Below, piece after piece: positions 36,390-45,015 of a stretch of DNA of 64,000 bases; positions within the stretch are counted from its first letter, which is position 1; the number at the start of each line of letters is the position of its first letter. The stretch lies in sequence record MZ475892.1; one strand, 5' to 3'. The notes under the pieces are model-generated. The model saw only the letters and a list, made by a program, of their open reading frames with translations. It did not search any database and was not told where the DNA came from. Both the position numbers and the translations under genes were made by a program.

Positions 36390-36786
36390 ACCTAAGCAGG
36401 TTCATGATCGTGAGCTGCGCAAGTATTTGGAGCCTAAACGCGAGCCATTCAATCCCGCTAAAGGCCCTCGTATTCCGCCGGTAGTCGACCGTGACTTGGA
36501 GTATCGTCGTCGCGTTCTCGCTACGGGCGGTCAACCGCCTAAAGCTGACCCTTCTTTGCGCTCCAGTCTTCAACGCCGCAGAGACGATGTAGTTCCGTCA
36601 CGAGTTGTGATGATGGATGTTAGTACAGGCTTCGGTCCTAGTAAGAAGATCCCATCGCACAGCCAGCGTGATTCTGATTCTTACTGTTCACCACATCATA
36701 CGCACCACACACCGAGTCATACACCGTCTGATAACTATGATGGCGGCTCGAATGATGGTGGCGGTGGAGGAGGTTCTTGTGATTAA
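36337..36786 (+). CDS. hypothetical protein with His/Ser/Gly low-complexity tail
   Basis: MRLLFQRLLKF...HHTHHTPSHTPSDNYDGGSNDGGGGGGSCD. Confidence 0.6.
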   Translation: MRLLFQRLLKFLSLSSNKPKQVHDRELRKYLEPKREPFNPAKGPRIPPVVDRDLEYRRRVLATGGQPPKADPSLRSSLQRRRDDVVPSRVVMMDVSTGFGPSKKIPSHSQRDSDSYCSPHHTHHTPSHTPSDNYDGGSNDGGGGGGSCD

Positions 36787-37105
36787 AGTGTTATTGAACG
36801 CGATCGGTCTCCGCCTGATTACTAAAGCGAATCGCCGTAAGATAGAACAACACCACTACATGATGCAGGCCTGTACGGATGTGTATGACTGGTGTGGTGC
36901 CGAGTTCCCTCAAGCTGCTGAGGCTGTTGAGCATGTTCGCACACGCGCACTCGGCTATGAAGGACGCTCTGGCCACAATAGCAAAATCATGACCCCGTAC
37001 GAAGCACATACGGGCATCAGCAACTGGCGTGAACTTATGCGCAGTAAGTATAAGGATTGGCCGCCCGTTGATTTCCCTCTTGAGTACAAGAAAGACAATG
37101 AGTAA
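36779..37105 (+). CDS. hypothetical protein
   Basis: GTG start after GGAGG. Confidence 0.6.
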   Translation: MIKVLLNAIGLRLITKANRRKIEQHHYMMQACTDVYDWCGAEFPQAAEAVEHVRTRALGYEGRSGHNSKIMTPYEAHTGISNWRELMRSKYKDWPPVDFPLEYKKDNE

Positions 37106-37205
37106 AGAAGGCGATAAAGAAAAGCTGCAAGAGTTCCGAGACGAACTTGAGAGCGACTGCGACGGTGAAGAGGAAGAGGACTTCGATTTCACCGATCATC
37201 AATAA
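37098..37205 (+). CDS. 35-aa acidic peptide
   Basis: MSKEGDKEKLQEFRDELESDCDGEEEEDFDFTDHQ; overlaps previous stop. Confidence 0.5.
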   Translation: MSKEGDKEKLQEFRDELESDCDGEEEEDFDFTDHQ

Positions 37206-37233
37206 TCCGTTTCATCTATACCGAGAATAAAAT

Positions 37234-37455
37234 ATGACACACGAAACTCAAGGTATTATCTTACTGACCTGGCTGCTGGTCGGCATCTTTGTTTCACTTG
37301 CGAAGACCTTTCGTCTGCTTGGTGAATCAGACCGCAGCTACAAGAATGCACCCTTCTGGCTGTTCATCTTCAACATGTTCTTCTGTCTGATTGTATGGCC
37401 GTTCCCTGTTGTGTTTTGTTCAGCACACCAGCGACTCCTCAATCGCTTCTGGTAA
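37234..37455 (+). CDS. small membrane protein (2 TM)
   Basis: Two hydrophobic segments. Confidence 0.6.
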   Translation: MTHETQGIILLTWLLVGIFVSLAKTFRLLGESDRSYKNAPFWLFIFNMFFCLIVWPFPVVFCSAHQRLLNRFW

Positions 37456-37464
37456 GGGACTACT

Positions 37465-38004
37465 GTGGAAAAGAATTTAGACAAGAAAATCATCGTGCTG
37501 GACATAGACCGTTTCGCACAACTGTTAGCGCTTGCATCAGTCGGCGATCAGGAGCTTTGCGGCCAAACGAATCTGGAAGAGATTATACGCCATGTGCGTA
37601 AGTTCAATCCAGTGTTAAAAGCAGCGCAGGACGAAGAACAGAAGGAAGAACGCGAACGCCGTAAAGCTGCACATCGTGAGCGTGCAAAGGCCAATCGCAT
37701 TCTGACTAACAGAACGGTGCACAGTTGGCCTTATGAGTCTCGGGGCTGTGGTACGTTTGAGCAAGTACACAAGGAAGAGCCTCGTGTTTTCTATTACCTG
37801 TATGATCATGAAAAGCTGGCGTTCCCTGTTCATGTTCTCGGTCCGTCAAGCAATGCCATTGGCCTCCTCTGCGTCTCGTTCCTCACTAAAGATCATATTC
37901 ATCTCGCAGGCCAATACTTTATCCAGATTAATTGCCCTGCTCGAAGCATAGCAGAGAGACTAAAAGATATTCCTGAAGGCTACACGCTCATGGAGGTCGA
38001 ATGA
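37465..38004 (+). CDS. hypothetical protein
   Basis: 179 aa, AAGGGA RBS. Confidence 0.7.
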   Translation: MEKNLDKKIIVLDIDRFAQLLALASVGDQELCGQTNLEEIIRHVRKFNPVLKAAQDEEQKEERERRKAAHRERAKANRILTNRTVHSWPYESRGCGTFEQVHKEEPRVFYYLYDHEKLAFPVHVLGPSSNAIGLLCVSFLTKDHIHLAGQYFIQINCPARSIAERLKDIPEGYTLMEVE

Positions 38005-38246
38005 TCGGCAACATGATCGTCCTAATTTTGCTAGGCTCTTTCTTGTTTGCATTCTGTTCTTATATAGCCTACAAGTTGGAAAGTAGCCACAAAGAGAAAG
38101 CAGATCAAGGTATCTATGCATACCGCATAGTCTTCAATATGAAACGCTATCTGTTCGCGCGGCTGCTGTGGCGCATCTCTAGCGCAGTCTATTGCGTGCT
38201 CTTTGCGTTCGCGCTTTGCTATCTATATTTCACAGGACAACTATGA
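38001..38246 (+). CDS. small membrane protein (2 TM)
   Basis: Two hydrophobic segments, GGAGG RBS. Confidence 0.65.
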   Translation: MIGNMIVLILLGSFLFAFCSYIAYKLESSHKEKADQGIYAYRIVFNMKRYLFARLLWRISSAVYCVLFAFALCYLYFTGQL

Positions 38247-38641
38247 AAGCACTATCTATCAGGCAGCCTTGGGCATGGCTCATCGTTCAAGGCCACAAGA
38301 AAGTTGAGAACCGTACGTGGGATACAAAGAAGCGCGGACGTTTCCTCATTCACGCGAGTTCTAAGCGTCCGTCCGATGATGACATGGCTGCGGCTCAAGC
38401 TATCTGTGACAAGCTGAACGTAACGCTGCCACAAAAGTCTGAGTTCGTGCTCGGTTCCATTGTAGGCTATGCGACACTTATCGGCACAGTGACTGAATCG
38501 CGTGACCCGTTCTTCTTTGGTCCTGTGGGTCACTTGCTCAAAGACTGCCGCGCTGTCGAACCTGTGCAGTTTAAAGGAGCGCTCAGTTTCTTTAATACAC
38601 CGTTCTGTATTGTAGGCGGTAAGCTAGTTCGCTCACGATGA
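38243..38641 (+). CDS. ASCH domain protein
   Basis: MKALSIRQPWAWLIVQGHKKVENRTW...RGRFLIHAS. Confidence 0.92.
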   Translation: MKALSIRQPWAWLIVQGHKKVENRTWDTKKRGRFLIHASSKRPSDDDMAAAQAICDKLNVTLPQKSEFVLGSIVGYATLIGTVTESRDPFFFGPVGHLLKDCRAVEPVQFKGALSFFNTPFCIVGGKLVRSR

Positions 38642-38865
38642 GTAGGCCTATCTTGCTGCACGGTTCTGGTCACTGTGCTTTTGCTCGTCAGTCAGGCATT
38701 GACGGTAAGCTCGTATACTTTGTCCGTGACATAAGCATCAAAGGGCACTCAGCTCTGATGGTAGGGTCCACAACGGTAGATAACGTTATCTTCCTCTACC
38801 AGTACGTTCCTAACGCAGACGACGCAGAAGTAATCATAGCTTATAAAAACAAGGGTGGCCATTAG
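38638..38865 (+). CDS. hypothetical protein
   Basis: 75 aa, ATGA overlap. Confidence 0.6.
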   Translation: MSRPILLHGSGHCAFARQSGIDGKLVYFVRDISIKGHSALMVGSTTVDNVIFLYQYVPNADDAEVIIAYKNKGGH

Positions 38866-38876
38866 GCTGCCCTTTT
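38850..38876 (+). terminator. intrinsic terminator (same stem as cassette, different loop)
   Basis: AAGGGTGGCC-ATTA-GGCTGCCCTTTT. Confidence 0.8.
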
Positions 38877-38881
38877 CTGTT

Positions 38882-38887
38882 TAATTT
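38882..38887 (+). promoter_or_regulatory. TAATTT candidate late promoter element
   Basis: Directly after terminator, upstream of the structural-type gene at 38949. Confidence 0.45.
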
Positions 38888-38948
38888 GCCAGTGATGAGG
38901 GTCCTACACAAGTAGGAAATTTAACTAGCAACAGCTTAAGGAACTATC

Positions 38949-39953
38949 ATGCAACTAGCATTCCCCAGAAAGAGCGACGACCATGTAAGTCTAATGCGCC
39001 GTTCGTTGAGTCGTCTATATTTTTTCGATGATGCCGCACCTAAAGAAAGCATGAAAGCAGGCCACCTTAATTGGTTACAGAACCTGCCTATGTGCAAAGC
39101 TATGGGTGTCGGCAGAACTGATAATGTTGTGAGCACAGGTCAGCTACAGGGTCAAGGTGATAATAACCGCTGGTATGTTGCTACTGGTGGCTATGTAGGT
39201 ACGGCAGATGCCTACAACTTTATCAATATGACGTATGCTTCCTTTGGTCAAACAGATGTTGTGTCTGATACGACAACGCCTGTAAGTAATCCTACCACAC
39301 AAGCAGAAGTCATAGGTTCTACGCTGCTTCCTTCAAACAGACTGATGACAGCCTGCCAATATTCAGGCACGATCTATGTAGGCAACAATAGTGGCGGCAC
39401 TGTCGGTCTAACCGTGTCTGAGATAACGCGCTGGCCTAGTGGCGGCGTACACTACAATGACACATACACGCAAAAGTTGCGTTCGTACCGATTCTGGGTA
39501 GCGAACAACGCATTGACCTCAGTGTCTGGCGTTGATGGTACAGCCAGCTCCGTAGCTGCTAACGGTACGTATCAGGTATCTTCGTCCACCAGCGCTCCGT
39601 TCTTTGCGTTTGTGTCAGCGTACTACACTCTAGTGAGATTGTCGTATAACGCGAGTGGCGAAGCAAGCGGTGGTGGCGGCACGTTTGACTACAATGGCGT
39701 GTACTCGTCGTTCTCTCGCAACAGAACTGCGCAGCCTATCTATATGCCAAGAACTGCGGCTAAAGCTGCGGTTAATATTACGTGGGCTGGAATATTTGTA
39801 AAGTACCAACAAGCTGAATCTTATTTGCTTCTGGACTCTGCTGATATACTCAACGTCAGTACCACAGAGCCAGGGCAGTACGCCCAGATACAGATCGCAG
39901 ACATTGAACCGCTCTTAGCTCAATGGTCACCTGCTCGCCAAATCATGTTATAA
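38949..39953 (+). CDS. putative virion/fibre protein, displaced paralogue of 57419-61688 family
   Basis: RRSLSRLYFFDD and LPMCKAM resemble RAMSSLYLFDS and VPECRAM; rich in S/T/G/N/Y; AAGGA RBS. Confidence 0.65.
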   Translation: MQLAFPRKSDDHVSLMRRSLSRLYFFDDAAPKESMKAGHLNWLQNLPMCKAMGVGRTDNVVSTGQLQGQGDNNRWYVATGGYVGTADAYNFINMTYASFGQTDVVSDTTTPVSNPTTQAEVIGSTLLPSNRLMTACQYSGTIYVGNNSGGTVGLTVSEITRWPSGGVHYNDTYTQKLRSYRFWVANNALTSVSGVDGTASSVAANGTYQVSSSTSAPFFAFVSAYYTLVRLSYNASGEASGGGGTFDYNGVYSSFSRNRTAQPIYMPRTAAKAAVNITWAGIFVKYQQAESYLLLDSADILNVSTTEPGQYAQIQIADIEPLLAQWSPARQIML

Positions 39954-39962
39954 GGAGTCGTC

Positions 39963-40382
39963 ATGTTACCTTTTGCCCCTCGGACGTTAGTGGTTAGTAT
40001 GCGCAATGGCAACAAAGAGTTTGATGTACGCATCGACCGCGAATCTATGTGGGGCAATAAGTTCTACATGAAGAACGAAAGCAAGGAAGAACGTGCGCGA
40101 GTTATCTATGAGTATGGCGTGTGGCTGTGGACTAAGATCTACAACGGAGACATTACACTAAGTCAGCTAGACGCACTATATGGGAAGCGTCTGGGCTGCT
40201 GGTGCTCACCTAAGCCTTGTCATGGCGATGAGTTGAGAAAAGCCGTAGAATGGGCACACGCTACAATCTGTAAATGGGAACGTATATCACGCACATATGC
40301 AAGGAGAAAGAAACATGGGCACAGGCAGACCAAGAAAAGAAAAAGCGATGACAGCGGCCGAGCGTTCAAAAAAGCTGCGTAA
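39963..40382 (+). CDS. DUF4326 domain protein
   Basis: VRIDRESMWGNKF, LYGKRLGCWCSPKPCHGDEL. Confidence 0.88.
   Translation: MLPFAPRTLVVSMRNGNKEFDVRIDRESMWGNKFYMKNESKEERARVIYEYGVWLWTKIYNGDITLSQLDALYGKRLGCWCSPKPCHGDELRKAVEWAHATICKWERISRTYARRKKHGHRQTKKRKSDDSGRAFKKAA
40268..40275 (+). promoter_or_regulatory. CTGTAAAT candidate phage promoter
   Basis: About 40 nt before ATG 40315. Confidence 0.55.
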
Positions 40383-40596
40383 TCGTATGGCCCCTTTGGG
40401 CAAGCGAGTTGATATTTATATGGACGAGGAGACTCTTAAGGCGATTGACCGTGAAGTAGCTCAACGTCCTGCGCTGGTGGGCATTACGCCTGCTGTTGCA
40501 CGTAGCCAGTTGCTGCGTGAGATTCTTACAGGTCGTGAGTTCCTGGCTGACCTGACTGCATTCGAATACCACAGAGGTCAGACACGCGATGCGTAA
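40315..40596 (+). CDS. putative DNA-binding protein (RHH-like)
   Basis: GRPRK...AMTAAER...KRVDIYMDEETLKAID; AAGGAG RBS. Confidence 0.6.
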   Translation: MGTGRPRKEKAMTAAERSKKLRNRMAPLGKRVDIYMDEETLKAIDREVAQRPALVGITPAVARSQLLREILTGREFLADLTAFEYHRGQTRDA

Positions 40597-41140
40597 CAAA
40601 GAAAAAGTAAGACGCCGTTTCCTTTCTGCGGGTCGTTCGTTGGACGCTATCAGTTCTCAGGTGTTCACAAGCCCGTACTCGGGATTAGCATACGGCAGCT
40701 TTAGTCTAGCCGTGGGTTCGAGTTTTGTGCATATCCACGCGCTGGATGAGAGCACTGTCCCAGAGTCTGATGTTCTGTACCTGATGAAAGTCGATGCTGT
40801 CATTCGTCACCTCAAGGACTACATCGCGTTGTTGACTGATTGGGCTGATGGTCATGCGCGTATGTGGCTGAACCCTGAAGGCTCTGCTGCTACAGGCTGT
40901 GTCGCGTACCACCATGATGTATCGCATCCAGAGAAGCTCGCCTTCTTTGAGCTATCGTCCTGTAGTCAAACGTTCCGTTTGCAGATGATGACCTTCACGC
41001 ATAAGGAATACAAGAAGCACATCAACCTGCTGTCCAAAATTAAGGACCATCTTATTCGCCATCGCTTTGATATGGACGACTGGATGAAGGCTATTACTGC
41101 TGAGTCTGCACGACTCATGGATTCTGTAAATGAACAATAA
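40589..41140 (+). CDS. hypothetical protein
   Basis: 183 aa. Confidence 0.75.
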   Translation: MRNKEKVRRRFLSAGRSLDAISSQVFTSPYSGLAYGSFSLAVGSSFVHIHALDESTVPESDVLYLMKVDAVIRHLKDYIALLTDWADGHARMWLNPEGSAATGCVAYHHDVSHPEKLAFFELSSCSQTFRLQMMTFTHKEYKKHINLLSKIKDHLIRHRFDMDDWMKAITAESARLMDSVNEQ

Positions 41141-41249
41141 CAACGAGTGCTGCTGGTGTGCTTTCGGTATGGGTATAGTTCTCGGACTATTTATCGGCCT
41201 ATCGATTGCTGCCTTCGCTGTTAAATACGGCGTCTTCATAAAACTATAG
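41130..41249 (+). CDS. 39-aa single-TM peptide
   Basis: MNNNNECCWCAFGMGIVLGLFIGLSIAAFAVKYGVFIKL fills the gap before 41264. Confidence 0.45.
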   Translation: MNNNNECCWCAFGMGIVLGLFIGLSIAAFAVKYGVFIKL

Positions 41250-41263
41250 GACAAAAGTACCTC

Positions 41264-41932
41264 ATGCTTACTAACATTGCTCGACTTGCTGCTACTAACG
41301 CACACGCAAAACAAACTCGTCGCTTCACCGGCGAACCGTACATCAACCATCCACAAGCTGTCGTTAACTTCTTACAGCGCTTCAACGTGGGTGAACAGAT
41401 TCTCGCTGCTGCCTGGTGCCACGATGTGTTGGAAGATTGTGGTATCTGTTACGAAGCTCTGGAACTTTGCATCGGCACTACTGCAACCGATATCGTATTC
41501 GAAGTAACGAACAAAGAGTTCCCGGAAGGCACGCCACGCATTGAGAAATATTGGCATAACATCGAACGTCTGGTAATGGCTTCGCATCAGGCGCAGACGC
41601 TCAAGTGCGGTGACATTTACGATAACTGCAAAGATGTATATGAGCGTGACCAACACTACGGTGCTCGTTACATCGCAGAGAAGTATTTCCTGATTCGCAT
41701 GTTTGCGCGTGCTCAATCTGATGTACGTCAGACCGTTATGCAGATGCTGCATGATCGCTATCTGTCCATGACGCCGGATGATCGCATGTACTGCTTAGAG
41801 TATATGGCGCGTCTCGATAAAGAATGTCCAGCCGACCTGCGTTCTTTGTTTGACCAGGCCCGCAAAGAAGCTGGTGTTGAAAGCCTCTGCTGTGGAGAAC
41901 ATGATGGAGCTACCTGCATTCAAAACGCGTAA
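41264..41932 (+). CDS. HD-domain phosphohydrolase, SpoT/Mesh1-like
   Basis: AHAKQTRRFTGEPYINHP, AAAWCHDVLEDC, VFEVTN, LKCGDIYDN. Confidence 0.88.
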   Translation: MLTNIARLAATNAHAKQTRRFTGEPYINHPQAVVNFLQRFNVGEQILAAAWCHDVLEDCGICYEALELCIGTTATDIVFEVTNKEFPEGTPRIEKYWHNIERLVMASHQAQTLKCGDIYDNCKDVYERDQHYGARYIAEKYFLIRMFARAQSDVRQTVMQMLHDRYLSMTPDDRMYCLEYMARLDKECPADLRSLFDQARKEAGVESLCCGEHDGATCIQNA

Positions 41933-42278
41933 CGCTCTGGTTGAAAGCCTCACCATTCGTGATAAGCAAGCGTCTGCCTTAGTACGCGTGTACGAAACGA
42001 GCTGGTGGGGTTTCTGCAAACGTGACCTGTGCGTTGCTATCAACTGCCGTAAGATAACGCGCAAGGAACTCAAGTGGTCTAGCTATGTGCGGTGGTCTGA
42101 AGGTTATCAGATTCTGCCTGTATGCGAAGACAGCGAAGTCCTTCAGGTAGCAAACAGTGCGCTGAAAGATATGCGCCATCTTGGTTACACCAAGTATGAG
42201 CAGCTTCTGGCGTATCGTCTCCAAATTCACATGAGAAAGCACAATGCCAAAGAAAATTCTCACGCTCATTCACACTGA
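41901..42278 (+). CDS. hypothetical protein
   Basis: GGAG RBS before ATG 41901. Confidence 0.65.
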   Translation: MMELPAFKTRNALVESLTIRDKQASALVRVYETSWWGFCKRDLCVAINCRKITRKELKWSSYVRWSEGYQILPVCEDSEVLQVANSALKDMRHLGYTKYEQLLAYRLQIHMRKHNAKENSHAHSH

Positions 42279-42633
42279 TGTGGAAGACCAGAAGGCGTAT
42301 CTGGAAGACCGCTTTCATCGCAGCATTATGTTCATGCACACGACGACGAACCGCGACCCGTACAAACGTGAATCGAATCCGTGTACGTTCTGCATATATA
42401 AAGTGGAAGGCGCGAATGTGTATATCAACCTTCACGGCAACAATGAGATGCCAGAAGAGTTGGCGAGCACTCTCGGCTTGGTCAAAGTAAAAGAGTGGAC
42501 TCTTATCCGCCGTCAGTCGAACGTCTTCTTTGTAGGACGTAGCTCCGAAGCTATCATCGCAGAGAACGTTGTACCAATGGAAATTCGTGTTGAAGGAGCG
42601 CGTGATGCTGAACGATGCTGGTCCGGACATTGA
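42244..42633 (+). CDS. hypothetical protein
   Basis: 129 aa. Confidence 0.65.
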   Translation: MPKKILTLIHTDVEDQKAYLEDRFHRSIMFMHTTTNRDPYKRESNPCTFCIYKVEGANVYINLHGNNEMPEELASTLGLVKVKEWTLIRRQSNVFFVGRSSEAIIAENVVPMEIRVEGARDAERCWSGH

Positions 42634-43219
42634 GTTCGAAGCAATTGATATTGAGAAGTATTGGCAGGGTCGTATCTATCTCGAAGCTGGTCATCTGCAA
42701 GACGTAGAATCCAAGCTGGAGAATGTGGCGTATACCACCGATACGATTAAGCCCTACATCGAAGCCGCGACTAAGATCGTTGCATCGAAGCGTGAGCTGC
42801 ACGAGGAAGGCACTGACTTGCCTCAGGTGGAGTTGGGTGAAGGGCACACGATGAGTCCGTACTTTGTCATTGTGTTCTGTCTGATGTTCGAAGCGGAAGG
42901 CGTTATCAATGCGCAGACACGCAATGCCCTTAAGGGTTTGTCTCAGGCCGAGCGTGATAAAAAGATACGCATTGAGATTGCTGGGCATAGCAGCAAAATC
43001 GGTGTGAGTCTTCTCAAAGAGCTGGAAGCATCTATCTCTGATCGCTTTCATGACCGTCGCCCCGACTTCGCGTTTGCAGAGCTGTCCGAGCCTCGTGAGA
43101 AGAAGCCTACGTTTCGTGCTAATGCCCATCTCAAGCAAGGTCGTGTTGGCAGACACAGCGGCAATCAGCGATTCAATGCTAAGCCGCAGCGTCAGAACTT
43201 TAAAGGTCGTGGTAGATGA
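42605..43219 (+). CDS. hypothetical protein with basic C-terminus
   Basis: AAGGAG RBS before ATG 42605. Confidence 0.7.
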   Translation: MLNDAGPDIEFEAIDIEKYWQGRIYLEAGHLQDVESKLENVAYTTDTIKPYIEAATKIVASKRELHEEGTDLPQVELGEGHTMSPYFVIVFCLMFEAEGVINAQTRNALKGLSQAERDKKIRIEIAGHSSKIGVSLLKELEASISDRFHDRRPDFAFAELSEPREKKPTFRANAHLKQGRVGRHSGNQRFNAKPQRQNFKGRGR

Positions 43220-43584
43220 GCAAAATCTTCTATGCTACGGAGTATATTGATAATAAGCCTGTGGCAGTTCATCGCTTTCCTGCTGTTGAGCAAGGTCGAG
43301 CACTATCTGATTACCGTTCCTTGATCTCATTGGGTGCGTTCGATAAGCGTCAGACCGAGCAGTGTCTCAAAGACTGCATGGTGCGTCGATTCTACGTGAA
43401 GAACAAACGCGACTATGAGGCAGACAAGGAGATCTTGCAGAAGTCCTCTGCGCGTCTCAATCTACCTGAGGTAGGGCTAAGCACTGTCGAACACAAAGAC
43501 GTGTGGGCATTCTATAAAGCTGTCGGTTATGACTACCGTACTAAAACTCTGGGAGTGAAAGCAGATGACAAGCAACCTGTCTGA
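43216..43584 (+). CDS. hypothetical protein
   Basis: 122 aa, ATGA overlap. Confidence 0.7.
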   Translation: MSKIFYATEYIDNKPVAVHRFPAVEQGRALSDYRSLISLGAFDKRQTEQCLKDCMVRRFYVKNKRDYEADKEILQKSSARLNLPEVGLSTVEHKDVWAFYKAVGYDYRTKTLGVKADDKQPV

Positions 43585-44302
43585 CATTAAATTCGGTAGT
43601 CCATTGCCTGATATGGCGCAGAAGTTAGGCGAAGAAATCATCAAAGGCCGTATCGCAATCCCCAACACTCTGTGGGATTTGCATATTCAGTCTAATGTGC
43701 AGCTTCGTCCTATGACTGAGTTGGATATGGCTCTGACAAATACACTGAACGGCTCATGGACTTACGTGCCCAAATACTTGGGTCCAGCGCGAGCAATGCG
43801 TCAGGCATACAGCTTAGGCCGAACTGTGACAAGCGATGAGCCTCGTGCAGGCTATGAATTGCTGTTGAACCAAATGACCCGTCAGGCGGAGCAGCAATTC
43901 TTCTACAAGCCGCTGGGTGTGTTGCGCGATCATCTGCTCATTGACGGTAAAATCCGTATGCCTAAACGCTGGCATGTTGAGATTGGTCCGAAGTTTGCAC
44001 TGACTGTTGCCTCTTCCTCGTTTGAGTTGTTCCTCAATCAGGTAGATCACCAGGAAATGCTGCGTACCGTGTATGATATGCTATCGAGTGCGCTGGATAA
44101 TAACGATCCCGCGAATGCATCACACGTGGTGTGCTCTGATAGTTCTCGCGGTCCTACGGATGTGCATGTGCTGAACACGCAAGCAACTCCACCAGCAAGT
44201 TCTGTCAATATGACCAATATTTTCAGATTCCTGCTGCATCCAATCGGTCATGATCTGACGCAAGACAGACTTCAGGACTATTTGGAATCTGTAAATAACT
44301 GA
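43565..44302 (+). CDS. hypothetical protein
   Basis: 245 aa. Confidence 0.75.
   Translation: MTSNLSDIKFGSPLPDMAQKLGEEIIKGRIAIPNTLWDLHIQSNVQLRPMTELDMALTNTLNGSWTYVPKYLGPARAMRQAYSLGRTVTSDEPRAGYELLLNQMTRQAEQQFFYKPLGVLRDHLLIDGKIRMPKRWHVEIGPKFALTVASSSFELFLNQVDHQEMLRTVYDMLSSALDNNDPANASHVVCSDSSRGPTDVHVLNTQATPPASSVNMTNIFRFLLHPIGHDLTQDRLQDYLESVNN
44289..44296 (+). promoter_or_regulatory. CTGTAAAT candidate phage promoter
   Basis: About 50 nt before ATG 44348. Confidence 0.6.
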
Positions 44303-44347
44303 TGTAAGCAAGCGCCACTCTTTTAATCTAATGTTAAGGAATAAGTA

Positions 44348-45013
44348 ATGTCTGAGAAAACTAGCGGTATCGCTAAAGCACCTAAATCTCGCAACGGTGC
44401 AATGATCTCCCAAACGTATGCAGGCGCAGAAGTTGGTTCTGCCCGTGCTCCAGGTATCAGCACTGCTGGCTCTATCGTCAATCGCATCAACAATCTGTCC
44501 AATGAAGCGTATTCTTTACGCGACACTCTGCGTCAGATTGGTGTTATCGTAGAAGTGCCCGCTAAAGGTTCTGCGGGTGAAGCTAAAGCTGCCGCGCCTT
44601 CTATGCTGCTGGACGTTATCAAAACCGAACTGGGCGACGTTGTGCGTTTCACACAGAATGTGGTGAACGAAGCCGTCCATGGTGCTGATTGCGGTCACGA
44701 AGACAAAGACTGCGGTGAGGAAGAAGATAAAGAGAACGAAGGCTCTATCCTCTCTACCGAATATGGCCGCACTATCTTCTACGCCGTTGGTCGCACTACT
44801 GATCGTCTGAGCGATATTCGTCGTCAGGTGGAAACAATCGACCGCACGTTCTTTGGCGATAAGCCGAATGACAACGTTAGCCGTGTGCAGAACAGCTCCG
44901 AATCTGTTGTTGCTTCGGTTAGCGTCCTGATCGACAACCTCGATGACACCATCGTCGCTATCCAGCGTCTGAACGGTGATCTGCGTGCTAACATTCTGGG
45001 TGAGAACGTTTAA
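44348..45013 (+). CDS. hypothetical helical protein
   Basis: 221 aa, AAGGA RBS. Confidence 0.8.
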   Translation: MSEKTSGIAKAPKSRNGAMISQTYAGAEVGSARAPGISTAGSIVNRINNLSNEAYSLRDTLRQIGVIVEVPAKGSAGEAKAAAPSMLLDVIKTELGDVVRFTQNVVNEAVHGADCGHEDKDCGEEEDKENEGSILSTEYGRTIFYAVGRTTDRLSDIRRQVETIDRTFFGDKPNDNVSRVQNSSESVVASVSVLIDNLDDTIVAIQRLNGDLRANILGENV

Positions 45014-45015
45014 TT

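Noticed and set aside
41124-41131. CTGTAAAT as promoter for the 39-aa ORF
   Set aside because: Overlaps that ORF's own ATG, so it cannot drive it with a leader; counted as a motif copy but not annotated as a promoter.
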